DNA of 64,000 nucleotides from Octopus sinensis (GCF_006345805.1 NC_043011.1:38514464-38578463), one strand, 5' to 3'. Shown: positions 1 through 13,506, counted from the stretch's first letter. Translations and numbers: made by a program. Notes: a model not told the origin generated them from the sequence alone.

Positions 1-330
1 TGTCGGGAATGCTTTTACTTATGTGCAGTTAACCAAAGGTTCTATGATGTAGGAGAGAGAGATTTCTAAACGCTCATGTGACGGCACCTACAAGCAGGTT
101 CCGTCAATAGCTTCTGATAGTTCGTTGTACGACAAACGTCAAGCACTTAATTTTCCTTACACCAAACTGAAGGAAAATACGTACCCGATCCCCAGATAAT
201 GCATCTATTATAAATGGACTGAATATTCAATAGGATTATTTGAAATTCATCTACAGAACACTGCAGAGTCAAGGGAATATGGAAATTGTGAAGTCATCTA
301 CCTCAGCAACTGTTATACGTTTTATTTTTA
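1..330 (+). pseudogene. Possible decayed MULE-type DNA transposase fragment
   Basis: Frame +2 (with stops) reads ...SCDGTYKQVPSI...LY...YPI..*CIYYKWTEYSIGLFEI, loosely like the MULE DGTFK..P...LY/P.VY.LL..KT..Y..LF pattern; judged by eye only. Confidence 0.25.
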
Positions 331-490
331 AAACTTATTCACCAAGTTCCACGAGAAAGCTTCCAAGAAATCTACAGAGTTGATGCGTATACGCGTGTAA
401 TTCTCCTCACATTATACCATAGCGATCTTATAATGTGTGCACATGCATATATGTGTGTATAATGTGTGGTTGTGTGCGTGTGTTGTGTGT

Positions 491-552
<62 letters not shown>

Positions 553-781
553 GTGTGTGTGTGGTGTGTGTGTGTATGTATGTAAGTATGTATATATGAA
601 TATTTTATAATTATAAACATAATTATAATTTGGGTTCAGCTAATTAATTCACCACATACCGAATTTAGAAATAGGAGTTAAAAATTCCTTTTCTATTACT
701 CTAAGAATCTCCATGACGGCAACATACTTTTTTTTTTACGAAGGCAAAGAGAAGAACAATGAATAAACACGACCAGGATTA

Positions 782-844
782 ACTACATACGCGTTTCGAG
801 GTTAAAGCATTTAAAAGTTTACTTACTTATCTCTTCAGTGTAGT
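782..844 (-). ncRNA. Minimal type I hammerhead ribozyme motif (Penelope-like element type)
   Basis: Minus strand: ACUACA-CUGAAGA-G...C-GAAA-CGCGU-A/UGUAGU. Perfect 6-bp stem I, canonical core, G10.1-C11.1 pair, palindromic stem III (ACGCGU), predicted cleavage between 788 and 787. Confidence 0.75.
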
Positions 845-957
845 ATTTCCGATCTACTTGGTAACATGTTTAATTAATTGATTAAATAATTAATTAATTT
901 AATTGATAAAATTTACCCCTTTATTATTAATTTAAAAGTATATATATATGCTCACAT

Positions 958-992
<35 letters not shown>

Positions 993-1159
993 ATACTCTT
1001 CTTCAAGCCCTTTACTTATTGATATCATTTCTATTCTGAGTAAGTCGGACCTTTTCCTATGTAAACTTGTATACATTTTTGTATTTAATGCATTTAATAT
1101 AATTTTGTATATCGGCCTGCTTAACTTGCTTGTCCTTACATTTACTCCTCTATCTGCTC

Positions 1160-1371
1160 GTACTTATTTTATCGGTCTCTTTTTGCCGAATCTCAACATC
1201 GCTTGTCGAGCGATGGTGAGGGGACAAACACGGACACACTTTAGCATTTTTTTCTTTAAGCCTAGTACTTATGCATTTGGTCTCCACTTCCGAACCACTA
1301 AGTTACGGGAACGTAAACACATCAGCACCCCGGTTGTCAAGTGGTGATGGGGAAAAAACACAGACACAAAG

Positions 1372-1405
<34 letters not shown>

Positions 1406-1459
1406 GCACACTCACACACACAGAGACACACACGCACACACACACATATATATATATGC

Positions 1460-1502
<43 letters not shown>

Positions 1503-1642
1503 AAGGGTTTCTTTCAATTTCCGTCTACAAAATCCACCCGCAAGTTTATTCGAAGGCAGGTCCCCAAGGTGGTATGCGGTCGGCCTGAACCAGGAGCCAT
1601 TTGATTGGGCAGCAAGATTCTTACCATACAGCCACGCCTGCA
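1160..1642 (-). mobile_element. tRNA-headed SINE family C, with internal (TA)n/(CA)n
   Basis: Shares head, ...TAGACGGAAACTGAAAGAAGCCC body and GTAACTTAGCGGTTCGGCAAAAGAGACCGATA 3' part with copies at 13.3, 25.0, 29.0 and 59.8 kb. Confidence 0.8.
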
Positions 1643-1669
1643 CCCATACATGCACACATACATACGCAC

Positions 1670-1742
<73 letters not shown>

Positions 1743-2029
1743 TGTGTGTGTGTGTTTCTACATGTGTGTTATTGTTTTGACCGGTCGAATACCCAGTGTA
1801 GTTTGCTCTGTGTCTATCCGTGTTCCATAATTTCTCAATCCCTTCTGCATGTAGAGAGATATTTCTGAGAAATAAGTAGCGCGGCTTCACTTAATTAATG
1901 AAGCTGATGAGAAAATGGTGTGCCCGATGAATGTAGTCCAAAGACAGAATCCAATAAAAGAATTATGGAATAGATATAGAAATGGAAAAACTAATGGATG
2001 GACGGAGAGTCGGTTGGACGGAAGGATGG

Positions 2030-2133
2030 ATGGATGGATGAATGGATGGATGGGCAGATGTATGGCTTGAGAGAGAGAGAGAGGAAAAGATGTAGAAAGA
2101 CAGACAGACAGACATAGACAGAGTATTAGATAC

Positions 2134-2205
<72 letters not shown>

Positions 2206-2223
2206 GCAGGCAGGCAGGCAGGC

Positions 2224-2302
<79 letters not shown>

Positions 2303-2482
2303 CAGACACACACACACAGACGGATGAATGGATGGATGGATAGACAGATATGTGGATGGAGGCATAGACAGATAGATGGATGAATAGACAGATAGATAGA
2401 TTGATTGAGGGATAGTGGCATAGACAGATGGATGGATAGATAGATAGATATGTTTCTTTATTAGCCACACAGGGCTGCACAC

Positions 2483-2524
<42 letters not shown>

Positions 2525-2535
2525 CATACATACGT
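2030..2535. repeat. Compound (GGAT)n/(GATA)n/(GACA)n/(GGCA)n microsatellite
   Basis: Direct reading of tetranucleotide arrays. Confidence 0.95.
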
Positions 2536-2782
2536 ACGTAGGATTACTGAGAAACATTAATTAGAATGATACGTTGTTATTTACCAGCTTTACTTGATGA
2601 GGATGATGTTTTAGCACAGAAACTGCGATTGCCTCGTCTCGCGCTCTCAATGTGCCTAATTAGACGTAGATTGAGACTATTCATTAACTATAGTAGAGGG
2701 GATGATATAATTTACATACCGGCATATACATATATATATATGTGTGTTTGTGTGCAGGTGCATGTGTGTGTATGTATATATC

Positions 2783-2856
<74 letters not shown>

Positions 2857-2882
2857 ATATACATATGTGTGTGTGTGTGTGT

Positions 2883-3105
2883 GGAGGCGCGTGGCTTAGT
2901 GGTTAGGGTGTCAGCATCATGATCGTAAGATTGTGGTTTCAATTCCTGGACCGAGCGACGCGTTGTGTTCTTGAGCAAAACACTTCATTTCACGTTGCTC
3001 CAGTCCACTCAGCTGGCAAAAATGAGTCCAGCTGGGTAACACATACGCCATGGAAACCGGGAAACTGGGCCCATGAGCCTGGCTAGGCTTTAAAAGGGCG
3101 CATTT
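2883..3105 (+). mobile_element. tRNA-headed SINE family B (head H1 + tail T2)
   Basis: A box TGGCTTAGTGG, B-box-like GGTTTCAATTCC, body TTGAGCAAAACACTT...CAGCTGGCAAAAATGAGT, tail GGAAACCGGGAAAC...AAAAGGGCGCA. Confidence 0.85.
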
Positions 3106-3567
3106 ATATATATATATATGCTATATTTGGTGTAAATATCTATTTCACAAATGTGAGATATCTCTATATATATAAACGGCAAAATGTCTGCGTCTGTGTC
3201 CTTTATACAAATCCACAATTTTTCAGTTAGAAGGCTCGCACTTTCTATGGTTATTCAAAACCGTCCAAGGGTAATCGTGCACATCTTTACATTTCCCCAG
3301 TCACCCCGCAAAATCATTAAAAAATCAATAGAAGTGATTTTTGGTGAATTTTCTATCCAAAACCCAATCAAAATGCCAATCAAAATTTTCTATCCAAAAC
3401 CCAATCACTATGACCCGGCGTTGCCGGATCATAGTGCTAGTAGGTAATAGAATATTTATCTGCGTGTACACACAAAAGTATAAACACATTCATGCATACA
3501 CACATATATGCATACGCACACACAGACCCATGCATACACACACACACACACATTTACACATATGGAG

Positions 3568-3945
3568 ATGAAGGCGTGGTTGCGTGCTAAGTAATTTGCT
3601 TCTCAGCTATATGCATCCGGTTTCCATTGCACTGCGTAGCTCCTTCAGAAAGTGTTTTGAACTTTAGCAACTGACCGACCGACCAAAGCCTTGAGAATGG
3701 AGTTGTTAGAGGGAAACCTAAAGAAGCCTGTCGTATGTATGCATGTGTGTGTGTATGTGCGTTTGGTATTTTCGTTTGCCCACTTCGCTGCTTAACTGCC
3801 TGTATTAATTCCTTGACGTTCCGGTAACTTAGCGCCCCTAAAATAGTCCCAGGCTAAAAAAGAGAAATATAAATACCGGAATCGATTCGTTAGACTAAAA
3901 CTTTTCAAGCCTGTGCTACAGTATGGCCTCCGTCCAAATTAATAA
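3568..3945 (+). mobile_element. SINE family C, degenerate
   Basis: Similar to the 24990-25388 copy along its length. Confidence 0.7.
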
Positions 3946-4322
3946 GTGACAGAATTCACCCGCGATGGTCATAACATTCGCTCAATATCTCCAGTCGTGG
4001 ATAAATGATGGTGGATTCACATGTGATTAAGTAGTAACCGATTTGGAGGTCGTCTGGCTCCTAGACATGTTTCACATATGCTCACCACTGTGTAGACATG
4101 CTCTGATGTCACTGGAAGTATTACCTCTTCCTGAAGATCAAATAAACTCTGTGCTCCGAGGACAGTATCGGGAGAAAAAGAAAAGAGCAGAATAGACAGA
4201 CATGAAAGCTTATAAACTACCATAAAAGTTCATGAGTGCACTATCGTGTAAGAATGGCACATTAAAGGAGAGAGAGAGAGAAATAGAGAGACTGAGAGAG
4301 ACTGAGAGAGACTGAGAGACGG

Positions 4323-4387
<65 letters not shown>

Positions 4388-4554
4388 TACAAACAGATAG
4401 ATAGATAGACAGACAGATAGACAGATAGATAGATAAACATATAGATAGACAGACAGACAGATAGATAGCCAGATAGACAGACATATAGATAAACAGATAG
4501 ACAGACAGATAGATAGATGGATAAACAGATAGACAGACAGATAGATAGATAAAC

Positions 4555-4634
<80 letters not shown>
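4323..4634. repeat. (GATA)n/(GACA)n microsatellite
   Basis: Direct reading. Confidence 0.95.
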
Positions 4635-4635
<1 letters not shown>

Positions 4636-4821
4636 TCAGGAGTTGGTGAAATGATATCGCTTCGGGTTATTCAGAAACAAAAAGGAATCACCTTAAGCAG
4701 ATGAGTATTGAAGTAGATCTGAAATCGAGAATGCATGTGATTGATAAACTGGCAAATGGCGATGAAAATTCTTTGAGAAACCTAGCTGCGGGATTAATTG
4801 ACCGAACAGTTAATCAGACAT

Positions 4822-5186
4822 GGAAGCACTCCGTCGGTAACGACGATGAGGGTTCCGGTTGATCCGAATCAACGGAACAGCCTGCTCGTGAAATTAACGT
4901 GTAAGTGCCTGAGCACTCCACAGACACGTGTACCCTTAACGTAGTTCTCGGGGATATTCAGCGTGACACAGAGAGTGACAAGACCGGCCCCTTGAAATAC
5001 AGGTACAACAGAAACAGGAAGTAAGAGTGAGAGAAAGTTGTGGTGAAAGAGTACAGCAGGGATCACCACCATCCCTGCCGGAGCCTCGTGGAGCTTTTAG
5101 GTGTTTTCGCTCAATAAATACTCACAACGCCCGGTCTGGGAATCGAAACCGCGAGTCCGCTGCCCTAACCACTGGGCCACTGCGCT
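4822..5186 (-). mobile_element. SINE family B (head H2 + tail T1)
   Basis: Reverse complement starts GCGCAGTGGCCCAGTGGTTAGGGCAGCGGACTCGCGGTTTCGATTCC and ends with the AAGGGTACACGTGTCTGTGG...CCGACGGAGTGC tail also seen at 19.2 and 44.5 kb. Confidence 0.85.
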
Positions 5187-5404
5187 TCCACATGTTAATC
5201 AGACAATCCATTTGTTAACTGATTGAATTTTTCTTTCCAGCTTTGGCACTAGACTACACAATTTAAGGTGAGCGGAAGTAGATTACATGGACCTCCTCTT
5301 CTCTGAAATGTATGAAAAGTAAAGAGGACCTATCTATCAAAGCCTTATCTATCTATCTATCTATCTATCTAAGACGAAAGTATATTACAATTAAAAACGC
5401 TGAA

Positions 5405-5668
5405 ATATAATTTGAACTCAGAACGTAAAGAGTCGATGCAGCTAAGGCTTTTGTCCGGCGCGGTAACGATTCTGCCAAGTCAACGCCTTCCTTTTTGACT
5501 AATATTTGTTTCAAATTTTGACTCAAGGCCACCAAGTTCGGGGGTGTTGGGGGCGCTGTCGATTAGATTGATCCCAGTACTCAACTGGCGCTTATTCTAT
5601 CAACCCCACAAGGATGAAAAGCAAAGTCGACCTCGGCGGAATTTGAACTCGGAACGTAGACAGACGAA
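5405..5668 (-). mobile_element. SINE family A fragments
   Basis: AAAGTCGACCTCGGCGGAATTTGAACTC core shared with more than 20 copies in the window. Confidence 0.8.
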
Positions 5669-5730
5669 AATATTTGACTAATAATAATAACAGAATTGAA
5701 ATGGAACCAGTGCAAGTGTTTATTTATTAT

Positions 5731-6038
5731 TTATTTGTGCGCCCTTTTTAAGCCTAACCAGGCTTGGATGAATTGGTTTCCCGGTTTCTATGGCGTATGT
5801 GTTCCCCACAGCTGGACGGGACGCCAGTCCATCGCAGCGTTACTCATGAAACAGGAAGAAAGAGTGAGAGAAAGTTGAGGCGAAAGGGTACAACCGGGGT
5901 TACCACCACCCCCTGCCAGAGCCTCCTGGAGCTTTTAGGTGTTTTCGCTCAATAAACACACACAACGCCCGGTCTGGGAATTGAAACCACGATCCTCCGA
6001 CCGCGAGTCCGCTGCTCTAACCACTGGGTCATTGCGCC
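5731..6038 (-). mobile_element. SINE family B (head H2 + tail T2)
   Basis: Head as at 5.1 kb; tail as at 3.05 kb. Confidence 0.85.
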
Positions 6039-8062
6039 TTCAAGTGTTTATTATTGAAATTATAACTCTCCCGAACGAAAAGAAAATTTGCTTCAATACA
6101 CGTGTTCACATCAAGAATCTTCCAAATCAAATACAAAAATGAATCATTGAAAATGAGCTTTCAACAAACACTTGAGATCTTTAGGTACAACAATTAATAA
6201 AGTGTGTTAATATGTTATTAATATGTCCTATGATATCATTGTCCGTTGAAGTGGCTGAAAGCGAAAACAAAATTGAAACTAATTACAATTCTCGTTTCAA
6301 TGAGTTTGGAAGAGTCCAAATCGTAAGTACCCAGTGAAATGGAATATCTAACTTTTAATATGGCCTACAATATTAATATCTAACCTTCAATATGCCCTTT
6401 CATATTATTGTTCGTGGAAGTGGTTTCAAAATTATTAGATCGAAATGGAGAGCAACATAAAATCTATTTATAATCATAATTCTAAGAGTGTGGAAGAGTC
6501 TAAATCGTAAGGTATCATATAAAATGGAATAGCTAACATTTTTCTGAAGAGCCCTTCATTGGATAATGGAGGATAAAACAAAACGGTAATCCATAAAGCG
6601 TTAATAAAACACTACAGAGGAATCTATGGAAGCTTTTGTTCACTCCACTGCCTTATTAAAATTTGATTATTTAGTTCCAATATCACTTTAATTAAATATT
6701 GTTATTTTGATTAAAAAGCTCTTGAATATTATATCATTTACATGTTTTGTGTTTGATGCCTCATTATAAAGCGGTATGAAAATATACGCATGCACACATA
6801 CACAGCCAGCACATACACACACACACACCTACACACACACACATGTATAAGAATGAATGAAGAGCTAGATAATTGAATAAATGATTAGAGTTATTTAAGT
6901 TCAAAATATAACCTATATTCTCGTTTAGCAATAAACAGAAAATGTGTTTCATTCCACATATACAACCCTATAAATATTCACACATATACACCTAAATATC
7001 AATCTGAAATTTCTGATGATTTATATATATATATAATATATATATATATATATCCTTGCTCACCCATACCTTTAAGGTAGATAGAGATTAATAAATGTCT
7101 AATCTATTGAAATTTGCGATTGCTTTTAATAATGTATGAGTGTTGTAAGATTTTAATCTTATTTTATTCCAAAGTGAAAATTAAGTTTGATTGAAGAAAT
7201 GCCGTGAACAAAATCAAATTACTCAGATAAATTAGAGTGAAATTTTCCGTTTCGTTCAATAAACGGAACGGAATAAGACGAAAGTATATTACAATTAAAA
7301 AAATTCTTGAAAATATAATTGATCACATTTCCTTATAACACTTAATGTCGTATTGTCTTATCAAAAAAATCTCTTTGTTACACTAACATCAACCATATGG
7401 GTTCGATAATAGATTTCATATGTACTGAAACAATGAAATGCCTACTAAAGAAGCTGAATAATATTGATGATATTACTCTTGGAGATGTTAATTTTGAAGA
7501 TACAAAGAAGTGATACATTACGAGGTCGCTTTGACTTATAAGCAAATACCTGTGAAGTCGTTCTCAAATCACAAATCACCGTCTTTAATATTCTAGGTAT
7601 AGATTATTCTAAAGAGACCTGCTAGATTCGGCTTTACATAGGGCTGTAACCATAACAGAAATATAACTAATTTCTGCAAACAAACAAACAAATAAAGGAT
7701 CGCCTATATACATGTGTGAGCTGCTCGAAACAACAAACACATCTTTTTTTAACCATAAACATTATCTCGGAAAGTAACGTTACAAAAGTACGATGCGATG
7801 TAATGCCTTTGATCCATTGATCAACTCGAGCAAGACTGTCCCTTCCTATTTGACATCCAGATTCTATACTAAGAAATCAAACTCTCTCTTTACACCGTGT
7901 GTCAAGCCAATACATTTCTTGTGCAAGTTTTCTTGTCATCCTTCAATTTTACTCGTTTATTAGAGTTTGTTTGTTCATTTGAATTGAGCGTGTGTGTGTG
8001 TGTGTGCGCGCGGGCTTTAATAAATAATATATATAACAAGTAAGACTATTATAAAGAAAAAA

Positions 8063-8290
8063 TGGAAGTGCATGGTTTAGTGGTTAAGTCATGATCGTAA
8101 GGTTGTGGTTTTGATTTCTAGACCGTGTGATGCACTGTGTGTTTGAGCAACACGTTTGATTTCAGGTTGCTCCAGTCAACGAAACTCGTAAACGTCTGTA
8201 ATTCTGCGCCGGAGCGGCGTCCCGTTCGGGAAAGATTATAGACCCCTGAGTAACCTGGAAACTTGTCTCTATGCTCATTGCGGAGTAATG
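8063..8290 (+). mobile_element. SINE family B (head H1), degenerate
   Basis: TGGTTTAGTGGTT...CATGATCGTAAGGTTGTGG...TTGAGCAACAC...GTTGCTCCAGTC. Confidence 0.7.
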
Positions 8291-8370
8291 CAGACAATCC
8301 ATTGTAAATAAAGTGTACGAATAAAAGATTGGTAAAGTAAACGTTGAAATAGAAATAATAACTAGAAATA

Positions 8371-8747
8371 AAGGGTGAGTCAAAAGTCGCCATAGATAAG
8401 AAGAATTTATCTTTTTATAAGAAACAGTTTATAAGAACAGTTTCTTTCTTTTTTTTTTATTTAACAGGCTCTGTATGGTTACCGTTATTTTGAATACTCA
8501 TTGCAATACGTTTACCCCACTCATTGTGAACTCGTAATAACACATCTGGTGATATTTGTGCAAAGGAGTTGGTGATTCGTTCCTTCAAATAATTCATGTC
8601 TTTTATCTTTCCGCGATACACCATGCCTTTCAAATGCCCCCAGAGATAGAAATCAAAAGGGGTCAGATCAGGGAAGCTAGGGGATCTTATAAACTGTTTC
8701 CTATAAAAAAATTTTTTCCTGTGTACGGAGATTTTTGAATCACACTG
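8371..8747 (-). mobile_element. Internally deleted Tc1/mariner element, copy 1
   Basis: Degenerate CAGGGTGATTCAAAAGT-type TIRs, TA on both flanks; reverse-complement match to 15462-15832. Confidence 0.85.
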
Positions 8748-9413
8748 TAGAAATAATACCTATTGACCAGACGCTCAGATCGTTTTCATGTAATTGAAAC
8801 TTTATACACAATCAATGTGTCGAAGCTATATTGCTAAACCCCAGCCGAAAGTTCATAAATGCGGATGTGTTACAGGCAGCCTTTTGTTGTGAGTAACTGA
8901 AAGTTTTGTTAAAGGTATCATGACATGTGGATACTCAGTTAGATCTTGAATAAAATTTACAATTTATTTCAATCTTAAATTAGTACTGTTTATTGAAAGA
9001 CGTCTAAACGATTGTCTGATTAATATCGTAGCAACTGGCATGCACCCCACAATCATAAGTGATCATCTTTCCAGAATTTCATTTCAGTATAAACTGTTTT
9101 TTATTACACAGAAATTATATAATCTTTTGTGCGATAAATAAAATAAAGATTTCACAAGTATTTCATGATTTCGTTCCAAGCTTTAGAGCTGTCTAAAATT
9201 ACAAACATCGTCTTCCATATAATAACGTGATTATTGTCTAAAAGAACATCGTTAATTAATTAATTAATTAATTTCAATGAGATGAATGAGCCCTTTCATC
9301 AGGAAATAAAATTGAAATGTGAAAATCAAAACGCTGTTAGTGTTTTAGATACAACATTGACGAAACAGTGAAGAAGATAAACATTCATATACAATTCTTA
9401 TATTAAAGATGTA

Positions 9414-9455
<42 letters not shown>

Positions 9456-9539
9456 CAAACGAACACATATCTACACATGTATGTGTATGAACTAATATGT
9501 ATACATATATATGTGTGTATGAACAATTATACATATATA

Positions 9540-9790
9540 TATATATAAAACTGAGAATGTGTGTCCGTATGTCAGTGTGAATCCCTAAAACCTGAGAACT
9601 ACACAACCAATTTCATTCAAATTTTACACATGCCTTACTTGGGGTCCATGTAGTGTAATGAGCAAAAGAATTTCTAACTTCCTGCCTAGGGCGAGCCCAC
9701 AGCAATATCATATCTCCTCCACTATTTCCGTATTACGTGTTAAAAGTGAAACAAAAACATCTCATCCATTTTGCTAGACGAAGATCCGCT
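9540..9790 (+). mobile_element. Helitron-like non-autonomous element 5' part
   Basis: Begins in (TA)n as TATATAAAACTGAGAATGTGTGTC, then CAACCAATTTCATTCAAATTTTACAC; a comparable start occurs at 33.06 kb. 3' end not resolved. Confidence 0.45.
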
Positions 9791-10133
9791 ATGGTCTTAT
9801 ATGCTACACCACTGGTTTTCAATTCATATTAATCAAATTAATATTCAATTTCTCACCCTTATTATTTTAAATTTAAATTTAAACCCAGGACCATGTGTTT
9901 TAGAACGAAGTTTGTTACCACACAGCCACACGTGCACCTATGTATGTGTGTATGTCTGTGTGTGTGTGTGTATGTGTGTATAGCTGCATATGTATACATT
10001 TATTTCTACATGTATATGTGTAGATGTATATATAAATATAGATGTACATATAATATGTACACATATGTATTCACATATATACATGCATACATATATACAC
10101 CCATACACACGAATACACACATACATATACATA

Positions 10134-10445
10134 GGTGCAGGTGTGGCTGTGTGATGACTAACTTCGTTTCAAAACACATAGGCCTGGGTTCAGTTTCACT
10201 GTATGGTGACTTTGCATGTGTCTTCTGCTATAGACTCAGACAAATCAAGGCCTTGTCAGTGGAATTTGTAGGCATAAACTGAAAGAAATCAATCGTATAT
10301 ATATGTATATATGTAATTCTGTGTGTGTATCTTTGTGTTTCTCCCTCATCACTGCCTCACAACTGGTGTTCGTTTATTTACATCCCCATAACTTACTGGT
10401 TCACAAGAAGAAACTTATAGAATAAGTACCAGGCTTATCAAAATT
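10134..10445 (+). mobile_element. SINE family C, degenerate
   Basis: GTGGCTGTGTGATG head, GGGTTCAGT, ...GAATAAGTACCAGGCTT. Confidence 0.7.
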
Positions 10446-10718
10446 AAAAAAAAACCACTAGGCAGTATTTTTGTTTGCCCACACAATTTATCTTTGTGTG
10501 TGTGTGTGTACATACATAAATACATACATATATATATATATATATATATGGATTTCGTAGACAGAAACGTAAAGAAATCAATCGTATATATATGTATGTA
10601 TATATTTAAGTATATGTTCTAGTATATATATATATATTTAAGTTTATGTGCTAGTATATATGTATATATATATATATGAGTCTGTATTGTATATATGTAT
10701 ATGTATATATGTATATAT

Positions 10719-10768
<50 letters not shown>

Positions 10769-10989
10769 TGTTTTTCTAAAGTAACATTGTAAAATTTAGA
10801 AGTGTTGTAAAGAAAATCTGAGAAAGAAGAGGTGAAAAGGAAGAGTCACACAAATATTTCTACAAGACATAATTCTACATAATTATAAATATGTGTATGT
10901 AATATATTATTCTTCAAGAAGTATTGAATTAACAGTGTTTTGGTCAGCTAATATACACATGCGTGTGTGTGTGTGTATGTATGTAGGTA

Positions 10990-11205
10990 AGGCAGCGAGC
11001 TGGAAGTGTCGTTAGCACCCCAGGCAAAATGCAGAGTAGTATTTCGTCCGTCTTTACGTTCTGAGTTCAAATTCCACCGAGGTCGTACTTGGCTTTCAGC
11101 TTATAGGGGTTGATAGTATAAATACCAGTTGAGCACTAGGGTCGATGTAGTTGGACGTGCCTCTTTCGCGAAATTGCGCTCTTCGTACCAAAACTTGAAA
11201 TCAAT
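10990..11205 (+). mobile_element. SINE family A
   Basis: GGCAGCGAGCTGG...GAGTTCAAATTCCACCGAGGTCG...GGGTCGATGTA. Confidence 0.8.
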
Positions 11206-11694
11206 GTACATTTATGTATACATATATTTACTCATGTAGCTTTTGCACCAGCGTGTGCGCGTGTGTGTGAGTGTGTAAGAGAGAGAGAGACAGAAAGACA
11301 GACAGACAGACACCCAGAGAGACAGACAGACAGACAGAGCACGCACAAACGTGTTTCATTTTATTATCCCACTTAAATGAAGATGCCGAGATGGGAGTCT
11401 CTTTAGCACAACGCACCAAACGCTTAGCTGCCGCGTTTCTCCCGTTTCTTTACGTTTTACGTTCGAATCCAACCATGGTAGACTTCGCCTTTATTCTTTT
11501 CGGGTTGGACAAAGTAAAGCACCAATCATATAATGATATCGATGTAATCAACTTGCACCTTTTCTTTAAAACTTACGGTCTTGTGTCTCCCGTGGCAAGA
11601 ATTATTAAATTGAAGTAATTTTAACGACATTTTAATAAAACAGACGCAATTCTGTAGGTACATATTTATAGCACTTTTTTTTTACTATGATGTT

Positions 11695-11867
11695 GCAGCC
11701 ATTTGACTGCGACCATGCTGGGGCAACACTTTGAAGAATGTTTAGTATTTTTAAAGGCCTGATTACTCTATTTTATCGGTCTCATTTTTCCTGAGAGATA
11801 AACACACAAACACCAGTTGTGAAGCAGTTGCGGGAGAAAACACACATACACACACACACACACACAC

Positions 11868-11904
<37 letters not shown>

Positions 11905-12072
11905 CATATATATATACACATGCACACGTGTGTGTATATGTGACGGGCTTCTTTCAGTTTCGGTCTACCAAGTACACGCACAAGATGTATTAGATGAAAC
12001 TTGCTCAAGATGCCCTGGAGTTGGACTGAACCCGAAACCATGTGGCTTGCAAACAAACTTCTAATCACACAT
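11695..12072 (-). mobile_element. SINE family C
   Basis: CATTTGACTGCGACCATGCTG ... CTTTCAGTTTCGGTCTACCAA ... GGACTGAACCCGAAACCATGTGG. Confidence 0.75.
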
Positions 12073-12450
12073 TACGCCTATCTTCCTAATTTTAAATCGC
12101 ATTCGACTTACTTTTTTTTTTGGGGGGGGGTTTAATGGAGTCTGTTCTTGGACAAGGTTTGTGATATGATATCTTGCTATGATTCCAGATGCTGTTAAAA
12201 TTCTTATTGTTAAGACTGCCGCCTTTGTTAATTCTTGTCCTTCTTTCTTTTTTTTTTCACTTCTTCCTAGTGTCAGCATGAAAGTGAGAGAGTTGAACAA
12301 TCATTCGATAAGTACTTATTTCAAATTTAACAGACTGGAGCACCTTGGTAGTCAATGCCGCGCTCAGTTACAAAACGCGACGTTTGGTCGAGGAATTGAA
12401 AGACCGTGACCACAATGCCACCGACATTACCATAAAGACACGCACGTACA

Positions 12451-12678
12451 CAACACACACACACAAAAACACACACATATGTAGTAATGTAACTACACAC
12501 GCGCTACTGACGATTTCTTTCCCTTCTTTGGACTTTTCTCTTTCTCCTCACCGACCAAGAGCTATGCTCGAAACTTCAAAACATCTCTGTACTTACTGAG
12601 TGTGAAACTAATACGTTCCTTGCGCATGTTCTCTCGTTGTTAATTTTATTATTTGTTTATTTGAATTGACTATATATA

Positions 12679-12736
<58 letters not shown>

Positions 12737-13197
12737 TCTTTTATTTGTTTCAGTCATTTGACTGCAGCCATGCTGGAGAACAGCCCTTAGTCGAGCAAAT
12801 CGACTCCAGGACTTATACTTTCTAAGCCTAGTACTTATTCTATCGGTAACTTATCGTGAACCGCTAAGTTACAGGGACGTAGATACACCAGCGTCGGTTG
12901 TCAAGCGATGTTGGGGGGACAAACACAGACACACAAACACACAGACACTGACATACACACACACAGGCACCCGCACATGCACACACACACACACAAAAAC
13001 ACACACATATGTAGTAATGTAACTACACACGCGCTACTGACGATTTCTTTCCCTTCTTTGGACTTTTCTCTTTCTCCTCACCGACCAAGAGCTATGCTCG
13101 AAACTTCAAAACATCTCTGTACTTACTGAGTGTGAAACTAATACGTTCCTTGCGCATGTTCTCTCGTTGTTAATTTTATTATTTGTTTATTTGAATT

Positions 13198-13263
<66 letters not shown>

Positions 13264-13506
13264 TCTTTTATTTGTTTCAGTCATTTGACTGCAGCCATGC
13301 TGGAGAACAGCCCTTAGTCGAGCAAATCGACTCCAGGACTTATACTTTCTAAGCCTAGTACTTATTCTATCGGTAACTTATCGTGAACCGCTAAGTTACA
13401 GGGACGTAGATACACCAGCGTCGGTTGTCAAGCGATGTTGGGGGGACAAACACAGACACACAAACACACAGACACTGACATACACACACACAGGCACCCG
13501 CACATG

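Noticed and set aside
9270-9310. Minus-strand CUGAUGA...GAAA
   Set aside because: No convincing stem II and no stem I partner.
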